A stretch of 64,000 nt of DNA. It comes from Piromyces finnis finn. Its lineage: Eukaryota > Fungi > Neocallimastigomycota. The notes beneath the pieces are model-generated. The model had not been told where the DNA came from and searched no databases. It saw nothing but the letters and a program-made list of their open reading frames with translations. A program made the translations under genes and the position numbers. This document shows positions 1 through 10,366 of the stretch, piece by piece; within the stretch, counting starts at the first letter, position 1, and each line of letters starts with the position of its first letter. Where the stretch lies: contig MCFH01000032.1 in assembly GCA_002104945.1 (NCBI GenBank), positions 541,915 to 605,914 of the forward strand, given 5' to 3'.

Positions 1-3000
1 TCCTATTATTATCGACTATGATGAAGAAGAAATGTTGTCTGCAATTACAGATAAGAAAGGTGCTAAGGTGGTAGAGAAAGATAACACAAGTGAATCAACC
101 AAATCTACTTCTAATTCAACTCTAAATAAATTAATGAAAGAGCAAAAGAAAGAAAAACCTGCAGAATCGAAGGTTAAGAAAACTGCTAGAAATATTCAAA
201 TGATAGCAGATACGGAAGAATATAATGTAGTTAAAGATCTTAACGAAACAAAATGCAATATTACTTTTGGTCAATTACTTAACTCGGCTCCAAAGTTACG
301 AACGCAAGTGTCACAAGGTCTTAAACTGGAAAAGAACAACACAAAAATTGTGGGAGCTCTGGAGAATTTTAATGCTACTTCGGTATTAGTAAATAATGTA
401 GATCATTCGTATGTAAGCAAAAGTAAAGAAGTATCAGAAGAAGATATCGCTATGGTAGATGCAACGGTTGATGGGGTACCAGGTAAATTATTAGTTGATT
501 CCTGTAGCAACTTAAGTATTATAACAAAAAAATATTTAGATAAACTTCCCCATCAATATGAATCTATTGGATTGAGTTGTGGAAGAATACGTTTAGCTAC
601 TAAAAATGATGACTATTCGGAAGGCATAATTATTAGAGTACCGGTCCAGATAAATGATCTTACAATCACTGCTGATTTTAGAGTGGTGGATAAAGAAGAC
701 CCCTTTTATGATATGTTAATTAATTTGAAAACCCAAATGGATAACAACTTATTTATCCACCCACTTCGCTATAGTCTTTGCAGATTTAATTCAAATGGAT
801 TTATTGAAGATATTGCTCCAATTAATAACAAATATGATGATGAAGAAAAGATTATGTGTATGATACGTAGAGTCGGTGATGAAGATTTTAAAAGTGATTT
901 GAAAAATATTGAAGGTTTACCACCTTCAGAATATATTCACAATAAAAATTTTACTGAGACTCTTAATGAAAAGTATCGAGAACAAATTGTTCGGATATTG
1001 GAAGAGAATATTGAAATTATTGCTACTTCTTCTGAAGAACTAACACCTTCGAATTTAACTCCCCATAAGATTAATTTAAAGCCAGGAGCAAAGCCAATTA
1101 AACAAAGATCATATAGGTTAGCCAAGTTCAAATCTGATATACTTAAGGAAGAATTGTCTAAATTGATTAATAAAAAGCTAATTGAGCCATCGTACTCGGA
1201 ATGGTCTTCTCCGGTGGTTTTGGTCCCGAAGCATAATGGGAAATGGAGAATGTGCGTGGACTATCGAAGAGTTAATGATTTGTCTGAAAAGGATGCCTAT
1301 TCAATTCCTTTTATAGATGAGATATTTGATAGTTTACATGGTGCAACTATATTCACTACTATGGACTTATATTCCGGCTATCATCAAATCCTTATGGATG
1401 AAGAAAGCGTTGAATTGACAAGTTTTACAACTAAGTTTGGAAATTACCAATTCAAGGTTATGCCTTTTGGTCTCACTGGAGCACCCGCTACATTTCAGAG
1501 GGAGATGAATCGGATTCTGTTTCCGTTAATTGGAAAGTGTGTTTATAACTTCATTGATGATATTCTGATCTATTCAAAGAGTATTGAAGAACATATTGAA
1601 CATATAAATCAAGTTTTAGCAATTTTCCGGGAAAACAAACTAAAAATCAATATTGAAAAATGTCATTTTATGCAAACTGAAGTTGACGTGTTAGGCCATC
1701 GTTTAACTACAGAAGGTCTTAAACCATTAGATAACAAAATCCAAGCTATAAAAAATTGGAAACCTCCTTCGAATATCCATGAATTAAGATCATTCCTAGG
1801 TTCAATTGGATATTATAGAGATTTTATTCCTAATTATGCTAAACTTACTGCTCCCTTGTGTAAGCTGCTTAGAAAAGGTGTTCCTTTCAAATGGTGTAAT
1901 GAACAACAAGAGAGTTTTATTATATTGAAAGAAAAGTTAATTAATGCGCCTATTCTGAAATTCCCTGATTTTGAGAAAGAATTTATAATCCGAACAGATG
2001 CATCGTATGAAGGAATCGGAGGAGTATTATTACAAAAGGAAGGCACAGATATTGAACATCCAATTCATTATATTAGCCGAAGTCTGACGAAAGCAGAAAA
2101 AAATTATGGAATTACTGACTTGGAAGGGACTGCCTTATTTTACTGCATTACTAAATTAAAGCCTTATATAATGGGAAGTCCATTCAAGACTATCGTCTAT
2201 ACTGATCATAAACCATTAATTGGATTATTTAAAAATAAGGAGCCAAACAATGCAAGACAAACAAGATGGTGTTTAACAGCTAGTATGCTAGGAGTTGATA
2301 TTCGTTATGAACAAGGTAAAAAGAATGTTGTAGCAGATGCACTGTCTCGAATGAGAAATGACAAAGATAAGGAAGTGTTAGCTACTAAAATTAATAAAGG
2401 TATAGAAGAAACCATGCTATCTAAGGTAATTAAAGAATTTGTTGAAGAAAAGTTCACCAAAATAGATGGGGTGGATTACTTTATTGATGGAAGGAATTAT
2501 CGAAAACTGATCACGGAAACCAATGAAAAGCTGAAATTGATTTTGGAAGCTCATAACATTGGACATGAAGGATATTATAAAACTTATCAACGTCTGAGAA
2601 AAAGCTATTATTGGAACGACATGGTTAATGATATTCGAAGAGTTGTAGCCAAATGTGAAAAATGCCAACTTAATCGCCCTCAACCATATCCAGAACCTAC
2701 GGAAAATCTTCCAACTGAGGTTGAAGCTCCTTTCACTCATCTGGGTTTAGATATCATTGGTCCATTGGTAAAAACTCGTAACAATAACCAATATATTATA
2801 GTTGCAGTGGATCATTTCACAAAATGGGTCGAAGCAGAACCCACCGAAAATATCACTTCAAAGGATGTCATAAAATTTTTAATCAATGTTTTCTCTCGGC
2901 ATGGAGTACCACAAGTCATTACAACCGATAACGGTGTCCAATTTACCTCAGATATGACCAAAGTTTTCCTGGACTTATATGATGTCTATGTCAAGTTTGT

Positions 3001-3571
3001 CTCAACTTATCATCCTGAAAGTAATGGTTTGACTGAAAATAGAAACAAAGAAATTGGAAAGCTTCTAAGACTGCTTGGAAAAGAAAACAAGGATTGGGAT
3101 GAAATTTTGCCTTCTGCTCTTTGGGCGCTCAGAACTACTAAAAATACTGTCACAAACCATTCTAGTTTTGAATTGGTTTATGGAAGAGAAGATCAGCAAC
3201 CCTTTGATATTGCCGCCAGACCTACTAAGGGTATTAATCAGTCTTCGGATGAAATCTTACTTGAGAAGTTTATTAATCATTACAGGTGGACGTTGGAAGC
3301 TTGTGAAAATATTAAAAATGCGAATAAATACTGGGCTACTAGAAGGGAAGAAAAACAAAGTATGACTAAGGGCAAAAATATCCATATCGGTGATCTAGTA
3401 TTAGTTAGAAATTTTAATCGAACGAAGTTAGAGCCTTATTTCGTTGGACCACTCAAAGTTGTCAAGAAACAATTCAATACTGTTACTTTAGCTGATATAT
3501 CCACTGGAATTCAGATGAACCGAAATGTTCATCTTAAGAATATTGTAAAGTTTAACTCTGCTTTTGCGTAA
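1..3571 (+). CDS. pol: Ty3/Gypsy element A Pol (protease-RT-RNase H-integrase, no chromodomain); frame is open beyond the left edge
   Basis: ORF 32..3571, with no stop in frame back to position 2. Motifs: protease-like LLVDSCSN; RT WRMCVDYR...YNFIDD; RNase H RTDASYEG; integrase HX3H...CX2C, GLDIIG, TDNG, GLTENRN. Clearly homologous to 26707..30225. Confidence 0.95.
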   Translation, partial: PIIIDYDEEEMLSAITDKKGAKVVEKDNTSESTKSTSNSTLNKLMKEQKKEKPAESKVKKTARNIQMIADTEEYNVVKDLNETKCNITFGQLLNSAPKLRTQVSQGLKLEKNNTKIVGALENFNATSVLVNNVDHSYVSKSKEVSEEDIAMVDATVDGVPGKLLVDSCSNLSIITKKYLDKLPHQYESIGLSCGRIRLATKNDDYSEGIIIRVPVQINDLTITADFRVVDKEDPFYDMLINLKTQMDNNLFIHPLRYSLCRFNSNGFIEDIAPINNKYDDEEKIMCMIRRVGDEDFKSDLKNIEGLPPSEYIHNKNFTETLNEKYREQIVRILEENIEIIATSSEELTPSNLTPHKINLKPGAKPIKQRSYRLAKFKSDILKEELSKLINKKLIEPSYSEWSSPVVLVPKHNGKWRMCVDYRRVNDLSEKDAYSIPFIDEIFDSLHGATIFTTMDLYSGYHQILMDEESVELTSFTTKFGNYQFKVMPFGLTGAPATFQREMNRILFPLIGKCVYNFIDDILIYSKSIEEHIEHINQVLAIFRENKLKINIEKCHFMQTEVDVLGHRLTTEGLKPLDNKIQAIKNWKPPSNIHELRSFLGSIGYYRDFIPNYAKLTAPLCKLLRKGVPFKWCNEQQESFIILKEKLINAPILKFPDFEKEFIIRTDASYEGIGGVLLQKEGTDIEHPIHYISRSLTKAEKNYGITDLEGTALFYCITKLKPYIMGSPFKTIVYTDHKPLIGLFKNKEPNNARQTRWCLTASMLGVDIRYEQGKKNVVADALSRMRNDKDKEVLATKINKGIEETMLSKVIKEFVEEKFTKIDGVDYFIDGRNYRKLITETNEKLKLILEAHNIGHEGYYKTYQRLRKSYYWNDMVNDIRRVVAKCEKCQLNRPQPYPEPTENLPTEVEAPFTHLGLDIIGPLVKTRNNNQYIIVAVDHFTKWVEAEPTENITSKDVIKFLINVFSRHGVPQVITTDNGVQFTSDMTKVFLDLYDVYVKFVSTYHPESNGLTENRNKEIGKLLRLLGKENKDWDEILPSALWALRTTKNTVTNHSSFELVYGREDQQPFDIAARPTKGINQSSDEILLEKFINHYRWTLEACENIKNANKYWATRREEKQSMTKGKNIHIGDLVLVRNFNRTKLEPYFVGPLKVVKKQFNTVTLADISTGIQMNRNVHLKNIVKFNSAFA

Positions 3572-3594
3572 GCAAGAGTCTTCGTGGGGGCACT

Positions 3595-4305
3595 TGTTAA
3601 GGAACCAACAAATAATGTTATTCTTGTCATAATTAATGATTATGACCTAATCCATTCATTATTGTTCCTAAATGTATGAAAACTTTACAATATTCTTATT
3701 TGTAAATTAATGTATACACTTAAATTATATTTAAAATTATTAATAATTATTTTTTATTGAACTTAAATTTTATTTTATTAAACTTAAAAATTAATTTAGT
3801 AATAATAATATATTGAAAATTATAGTTTATTGAACTTTTAGTTTAATTTATCAAGTTAATGAATTTTTATTAATTAAAATTATGAATAATATTTCTGTAA
3901 AATAGTAAAATTTTTTAGTTAAATATATTTAAAGTAAACTTTTAATGTATGTTAATCAATTTAATAATATGTATAAATATTCATTATAATAGTAATGTAA
4001 TTTTATTATTCATTTAAAAGTAATTTAAATACTAAAATTAATGTAAATAATTAAAGACTAATTCTTTTAATTAACACTACTTAATTTTTTACAAAAAGTA
4101 TAAAAAGGTGTATATTATAAGAATTAGAAAATATACAGATATTTTTATTTTTATTTTTATTTTATTTTATAATTTTATATTAATATCTTAATAAAACAAT
4201 TTTATTAATAAAACAATTTTTCTTATTTCATTTTAATATTATTTTTGAGTATTAATAAATTTATTAATATTTTATAAATAAAAGTAAATTCCTCGAACCG
4301 TAACA
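3595..4305 (+). mobile_element. 3' LTR of Gypsy A (711 bp)
   Basis: Begins TGTTAAGGAA right after a G-rich PPT (gtggggg, 3584-3590) and ends CGAACCGTAACA. Termini resemble the D/E LTRs. Followed by GATT. Confidence 0.85.
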
Positions 4306-5219
4306 GATTTGTTAAGGAATGAACATAAATAGTTGAATTAGCTAGAATTTTAGGAATTAATGTGAAGATATTAACTGGATTTAAAACAAATTCAGATAAT
4401 ATCTATAATTAATTAAACATAATAATTATAATTAAATAATTTCAATAATTATTTTAAAACACTTTTAAAAGTCACCTTTTAAATTTTGATTCAGTGAAAG
4501 GGTTATGATTTCAAAAATTTAATATCAATATACTATAACCCTTAACCAAAAATAAGCAAGTACGAAATAAGGTGTAACTCGCCAAAAACGATCGCTACGG
4601 CTGTAAGTGCTACGGTGATGAAACTAGGTTTATTGGAAAGCTTAGGAAGAAAGCTACAATTTGGTACAATCGCGGTCCTTCTAACTGATCATTTAAGGAA
4701 GTTATGATCATTTAAAGATTTTATTAGGTAAATTAAAATCAATATGATATCAAGTATGGATCATAAATATTTCTTATGACTTGATGAAATTAAAAATATA
4801 TCAATAGGAATTTTAGTTATATTAATTTAATTAATGATAACGATTGTTACTAAAAATAGAACTAGACCCATTTAGGTGTAACAGTTAATACCTATAAATT
4901 AAATAATCTTAATTATTATAAAATAGGTTAACGGCAAGTTTTATTAGAAATAATTTTGAAAATAATAATTATTTAGTTATAACAAATATGTTATGGTAAT
5001 ATCAATTAATAATGATGAATTATTAATTGAATAGTTTTTATAATTACTAATTAGGATCAACTGTTTAAATGATTAATCATATGTTTATTTTATTTTATGT
5101 CATGACAAACAAACAAACAAACAAACAAACAATCTTATTACTTATTTAATTATATTACTAATATATTATATGTAATACTTTATTCTTATTAATATCAATT
5201 TAATAATCTGAACAAAGAA

Positions 5220-5268
5220 TATAAAAGAGAATGAATTGAATTCGATTTTAATTCTTTGTAAAGATTAT
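5220..5268 (+). promoter_or_regulatory. Putative TATA box and transcript start of element B
   Basis: TATAAAAG at 5220-5227 lies 38 nt before GTAAAGATTAT (5258-5268), which is the perfect complement of the PBS. Confidence 0.65.
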
Positions 5269-5493
5269 AGTTATAATCTTAATTATATAGTTACTTATAA
5301 TATCATTTATATTATTATTAAATAAATAAAAAATTTATAAAAAGTTATTTTAAAGTAAATATAAATTTTTCATTTTTCATTTGGGAGTTTAAGGTGTTAT
5401 TTTATAATTAAATTTAATTTCTTAAAAAACATTTTTACTATATAATTAATAACATTCTGACCTGGCCGCATAACCAAACCCAAAAACTTAACA

Positions 5494-5504
5494 ATAATCT
5501 TTAC
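5494..5504 (+). other. Self-priming primer-binding site of element B (Tf1-type)
   Basis: ATAATCTTTAC directly follows the 5' LTR. It is not a TGG-type tRNA PBS and is exactly complementary to 5258-5268. Confidence 0.8.
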
Positions 5505-5528
5505 CCGCTGTTTAGTGGCTACTTTAGA

Positions 5529-6554
5529 ATGTTCACTCCGGTTCCTAATTTCCCAGACGAGGTAAACCAACTAAGAGAGGATGCTACTCAGACTGCCAAG
5601 GATATCATTGAGGGTATCAATGAAAATTTGGTTTTCCGTGAAGATTTTCAAAATTTTTCCAATGATGTGAATAATCGTTTAAATGAAATCATGAGTGTAT
5701 TAACCAATATGAATAATAATCAAACTGCTCAGAATGAAGATGAACAACCATTGTTACATACCAATTATGATAGGATAGCTACTCCAAGACCTACTGTCTT
5801 TAGAGATGATGAATCTACTTCAACAAGGTTTGATTTGGATCATGATGTTATCATGAGAGGCCGTTTTGCTACTCCAATCACTCAAGTGCCAGATCCAGGT
5901 ATGTTCTCCGGTAAGACTAGTGATACCGATTTGTTTTGTCAATTATGTGAAGATACTTTCAAAACTCTACCAAATCGAACTTTACCAGAAGAAACAAAAA
6001 TTAATTTTGTACAATCCCGTCTTCGTGATGCTGCTAGAAATTGGTATCTTGCCAAGTACAAGGATAATATTTATCCATCTACCATGCAAGAATTGTTGGA
6101 TGGACTAAGAATTGCTTTCTCAAATGTTGCTAGTTACAAGATAGCTAAAATCAAAATAATGCGTTTAAAACAACAATATGGTAAAATAAATGATTATATC
6201 GAGGAATTCCGCTCTCTTTCACAACAATTTAAATGGAATGAAGAAGCATTATCTTTAATTTTTTATAATGGTTTACATCCCAAATATCAGGAAGAAATTG
6301 AAAAGATGGAGGTATTTCCAACCACCATGGAGTCCATTATAACTAGATGTATTTTGATCGAAAGTTCTCTTTCTACAAAGAATAAGATTAACCAGTCTTC
6401 CAACTCTAAATCTAACAAGAAAAGAAATTCACATTTCAACCACCACAGATCATACAACAACAACAACAACAATAACAACAATAACTTCCAAAAATATAAT
6501 AATAATTACAATAACAACAATTATAAAGCTCAAAAAATTAGTTCAAAAAACTAA
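5529..6554 (+). CDS. gag: Element B Gag (retrotransposon gag domain, Asn-rich C-terminus, no CCHC knuckle)
   Basis: 341-aa ORF just after the PBS, with gag-like segments FSGKTSDTDLF...ARNWY and LRIAFSN...LKQQYGKINDYIEEF. Confidence 0.9.
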   Translation: MFTPVPNFPDEVNQLREDATQTAKDIIEGINENLVFREDFQNFSNDVNNRLNEIMSVLTNMNNNQTAQNEDEQPLLHTNYDRIATPRPTVFRDDESTSTRFDLDHDVIMRGRFATPITQVPDPGMFSGKTSDTDLFCQLCEDTFKTLPNRTLPEETKINFVQSRLRDAARNWYLAKYKDNIYPSTMQELLDGLRIAFSNVASYKIAKIKIMRLKQQYGKINDYIEEFRSLSQQFKWNEEALSLIFYNGLHPKYQEEIEKMEVFPTTMESIITRCILIESSLSTKNKINQSSNSKSNKKRNSHFNHHRSYNNNNNNNNNNFQKYNNNYNNNNYKAQKISSKN

Positions 6555-6577
6555 ATAAAGGACTTCCATTGAAGTCC
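6545..6577 (+). other. -1 ribosomal frameshift signal of element B
   Basis: Slippery A AAA AAC (6545-6551) immediately before the gag stop, an 8-nt spacer, then hairpin GGACTTC-CATT-GAAGTCC. The -1 frame is the open pol frame. Confidence 0.8.
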
Positions 6578-9500
6578 CATCACCACTCGAATACAAAAAT
6601 ATTAAACTACACTTTTCCCACTATCAACAAAGATAATACATTACCTTCAACGTTTTTTACTTTTAATACATATGTATTATCCAATAATGGAGGTACAAAT
6701 AATGTACATAATAAAATTGCATGTACATCACTATTAGATAGTGGATCTTATTGTAATTTTATGTCGTACAAACTATTACGTACATTACAATTACATCCTC
6801 ATAAAATTAATAATGTTATCACTGTACAAGGTATCAGTGGTACTTCAATTGAACTTGATGAATATATCAACCTAAACTTTCAGTTAAAACTATTTATCAA
6901 CAATAAATTCCATTTCATCAATTTCAAAGAAAAATTTTTACTAGCGGATTATATTCCGACAGATTTATTATTTGGAAATATATTCATGTCCAAATATGAA
7001 ATTCATTATAATTATAATAAAAATTATTTATATTCAAATTTAAAATATGATTTTAACAGAAAGAAATTCAATATGAAGCATGCTACTAAATTTTTAAAAT
7101 TAGAACAATTCATTTCTTATAATAGAAATGACATAAATGTTACACCTACCACTTCTACAGGTGTAAATAACACAAAAAATAAAAATAAAAATTATTCCAC
7201 CAATTTTTATAATTTAAAAAATAAAATTCATAATTTTTATTTCAGATCTAAAACCTTTAGTAAGAAGAAAAATGGTCGATTTCACAAATTTAACCCTAAA
7301 CGTTCCAAATTTTTTAGAAAAGTTATATTAAATAAAAATAATTATGATAGATATAATTATAATTATTTAATTCATACTTTTTTGTCCGAAAAACCAGAAG
7401 AAGTAAGCAATTTAGAAGAACATACTATTGAGGATATTCCAAAACCCTATCGAGATTTGGCAAAAGTTTTCAGCAAACAAGAAGCTGATAAACTACCATC
7501 ACATAGAATTACAGATTGTAAAATAGTACTAGAAAAAGATGCTACTCTTCACTATGGTCCCATCTATCCCTTATCAGAAGAAGAATCAAAAGTTTTAGAA
7601 GAGTATATCAAGGAAAATTTAGAAAAAGGCTTTATTAGACCATCCGAATCACCTGCAGGATATCCAGTGGTATTTCAGAAAAAGAAAGATGGTACTCTTA
7701 GAGTTTGTATTGATTATAAAAAACTCAATTCTGTAACGATACGTAACTCCTACCCAATACCACTTATTACCGACATTATAGAACGTGTCAAAGGTGCAAA
7801 GTATTTCACCAAGCTCGACTTACGCTCTGCTTATAATTTAGTTAGAATAAGAAATGATGATGAATATAAAACTGCTTTTCGCACAAAGTTTGGTCACTAT
7901 GAATATTTAGTGATGCCATTTGGTTTACGTAACGCTCCTGCTACTTTTCAGGCATTTATAAATTCTGTTCTCAGACCTTTCTTGGAAAAATCTGTTATTC
8001 TCTATTTGGATGATATTCTTATATTTTCAAAAACCTTAGAAGAACACCACCAACATGTACGTGAAGTTCTTTCTAAACTATTAGAAAATAATTTATATGC
8101 TAAACTTCCTAAATGTGAATTTGACAAACCACAAGTTGAATTCTTAGGATATGTTATTTCAGGTTCAGGAATTGCTACCGACCCAAAAAAGATAGAGTCA
8201 ATCAAAAATTGGCCTATTCCTACTACAGTTAAGGATGTACAAAGATTTTTAGGTCTTTGTAACTACTATAGACGCTTTGTAATGAATTTTGCAGACTTGG
8301 CTAAACCCCTCCACAACCTAACAAAAAAGAATGCAAAGTTCAAATGGTCCACAGAATGTGAATCCTCATTTAACATTTTAAAAACGCGTTTAACTTCAGC
8401 ACCTATTTTATCACATCCTGATCCTCAAAAACAATATATTTTAGAATGTGATGCAAGTAATGTTGCTATCGGTTCTATACTTTCTCAATATGATTCAGAA
8501 AATCGTCTACATCCTGTTGCTTACTACTCCAGAAGTCTAAGTAGTTCTGAAGTTAATTATTCTATAACAGATAAAGAACTATTAGCCATTAAGGATTCTT
8601 TCTCTACTTGGAGGCACCTTCTTCTTGGTGCTAAATATAAAATAAAAGTTTACACTGATCATAGAAATTTACTTTATACTCTTGGAGGAAAGGTAGGTAA
8701 TCAAAGACAACATCGTTGGCACCTTTTCTTTCATGAATACGACTTTGAACTTATATACAGACAAGGTCGTAAGAATGGTAAACCTGATTGTCTATCTCGC
8801 AGACCTGACTACATGGATAGGACTTATGAAGAAAAGCCAGAATATATTTTAGACTCAAAAAATGTAAAACTAATACCAAGTTTCATTGGTATTATGAGTA
8901 ACTTCTTGGAACAAGTTATTCAATACTTAAAGGACGACGAAACTGCTAAGGATATTATGCTATATTTCAGCCCACATAATGACCAAAAGGCTTATAGACC
9001 ATTTAGGAAAATGAACAAGTTTGAATTAAAAAATAATCTTATTTTATATAATAACTTAGTTTATATCCCTGAGAAACTACGTTTAGATGTTCTTATGAAA
9101 TATCATGAACAACCCTCTGCTGGACATCTTGGTATAAAAAGGACTTTAGAATTGATAACTCGAAATTTTTGGTGGCCTAAAATTAAGGATGATGTCACTA
9201 AATTTGTTAATTCTTGTGAGACATGCACAAGAAATAAAGTAACTAGACATCGGAAATATGGAAAATTACAACCTTTAGATACTCCAGAACGTCCATGGAA
9301 ATCTATAGAAATTGACTTTCTTTGTGGCCTTCCTGAGTCTAAAGGGTACACCGTAATTATGGTAGTGGTTGACCGCTTTTCTAAAATGATTCACTTAGTG
9401 CCGTTTAAACAAGTTCCAAACGCAGCACAAACTGCAAAAGCTTTTTTGAACAATGTATATCGTTTACATGGTCTCCCTTATGACCTATATACTGATAGAG

Positions 9501-10366
9501 GCTCACAATTTACAAGTGATGTTTGGCTCGAATTTTTGGATTTATTATATATTCATCCAAGAATAGCTACTACTGACCACCATGAAACTGTTGGACAGGT
9601 CGAGAGGTCAAATTCTTTTATTGAACAGTATCTTAGATGTTATTCCAAGTCTTTCTATCATGACGACTGGGTTGATTGGCTTCCACTTGCAGAATTCGCC
9701 TATAACAACGCTGTTAATGAATCAACCAAAGAAACACCATTCTTCATTAATTATGGTTTCCACCCTCCGATGGATGAAATGACCCTATTACCACAATGTA
9801 ATATTAATCATAAACTAGTTCAAAACGTTAATGATGCATTCAACCACATAAAAGAAGTGTTACTACGCTCCAAAGAGTTGTATAAAAGAAGAGTGGATAA
9901 AAGTCGTTTAGAAGCTCCAAAATTTAAAATTGATGATTTAGTTTGGATTCAAGCCCCACCTTCTCTAAATATTGAAAATAGTTCCAAATTAGCTCCTTGT
10001 AAATATGGTCCATATAAAATAACTCAAGTTTTGAGAAATAACAATTATGAAATCGATATCAAAAAATCACCTTTTCCCAAACACTATCCAATATTTCATG
10101 TATCTGAGTTGGAACCTTATAGATCAACTCCAAAAGAATTTTTAAATAGAACTGCGGATCCAGAATCAATAAAAGATATAGTGGAAATATCTGGATTCCG
10201 TACAAATTATAAACAACAACGATATGAATATAAAATTCGATACAAATACCGTTCCGCTTATAATTGGGTACCAGCAAGTGAAGTAGAAGACAATCCACGT
10301 AATCAATACATTTATCAAAAATATTTAAAAAGTGGACGACATTATGCTTCTATAGCATATAATTAA
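6545..10366 (+). CDS. pol: Element B Pol (protease-RT-RNase H-integrase-degenerate chromodomain)
   Basis: ORF 6569..10366 is open back to the slip site. Motifs: LLDSGS, YLDD, ECDAS, integrase HHCC/DDE, GPY motif, and a C-terminal chromodomain-like segment (YEYKIRYK...WVPASEV). Confidence 0.95.
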   Translation, partial: KKLNKGLPLKSHHHSNTKILNYTFPTINKDNTLPSTFFTFNTYVLSNNGGTNNVHNKIACTSLLDSGSYCNFMSYKLLRTLQLHPHKINNVITVQGISGTSIELDEYINLNFQLKLFINNKFHFINFKEKFLLADYIPTDLLFGNIFMSKYEIHYNYNKNYLYSNLKYDFNRKKFNMKHATKFLKLEQFISYNRNDINVTPTTSTGVNNTKNKNKNYSTNFYNLKNKIHNFYFRSKTFSKKKNGRFHKFNPKRSKFFRKVILNKNNYDRYNYNYLIHTFLSEKPEEVSNLEEHTIEDIPKPYRDLAKVFSKQEADKLPSHRITDCKIVLEKDATLHYGPIYPLSEEESKVLEEYIKENLEKGFIRPSESPAGYPVVFQKKKDGTLRVCIDYKKLNSVTIRNSYPIPLITDIIERVKGAKYFTKLDLRSAYNLVRIRNDDEYKTAFRTKFGHYEYLVMPFGLRNAPATFQAFINSVLRPFLEKSVILYLDDILIFSKTLEEHHQHVREVLSKLLENNLYAKLPKCEFDKPQVEFLGYVISGSGIATDPKKIESIKNWPIPTTVKDVQRFLGLCNYYRRFVMNFADLAKPLHNLTKKNAKFKWSTECESSFNILKTRLTSAPILSHPDPQKQYILECDASNVAIGSILSQYDSENRLHPVAYYSRSLSSSEVNYSITDKELLAIKDSFSTWRHLLLGAKYKIKVYTDHRNLLYTLGGKVGNQRQHRWHLFFHEYDFELIYRQGRKNGKPDCLSRRPDYMDRTYEEKPEYILDSKNVKLIPSFIGIMSNFLEQVIQYLKDDETAKDIMLYFSPHNDQKAYRPFRKMNKFELKNNLILYNNLVYIPEKLRLDVLMKYHEQPSAGHLGIKRTLELITRNFWWPKIKDDVTKFVNSCETCTRNKVTRHRKYGKLQPLDTPERPWKSIEIDFLCGLPESKGYTVIMVVVDRFSKMIHLVPFKQVPNAAQTAKAFLNNVYRLHGLPYDLYTDRGSQFTSDVWLEFLDLLYIHPRIATTDHHETVGQVERSNSFIEQYLRCYSKSFYHDDWVDWLPLAEFAYNNAVNESTKETPFFINYGFHPPMDEMTLLPQCNINHKLVQNVNDAFNHIKEVLLRSKELYKRRVDKSRLEAPKFKIDDLVWIQAPPSLNIENSSKLAPCKYGPYKITQVLRNNNYEIDIKKSPFPKHYPIFHVSELEPYRSTPKEFLNRTADPESIKDIVEISGFRTNYKQQRYEYKIRYKYRSAYNWVPASEVEDNPRNQYIYQKYLKSGRHYASIAYN

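Noticed and set aside
6455-6530. Asn-rich prion-like C-terminus of B Gag
   Set aside because: It derives from AAC/AAT repeats typical of this genome, with no evidence of a special function.
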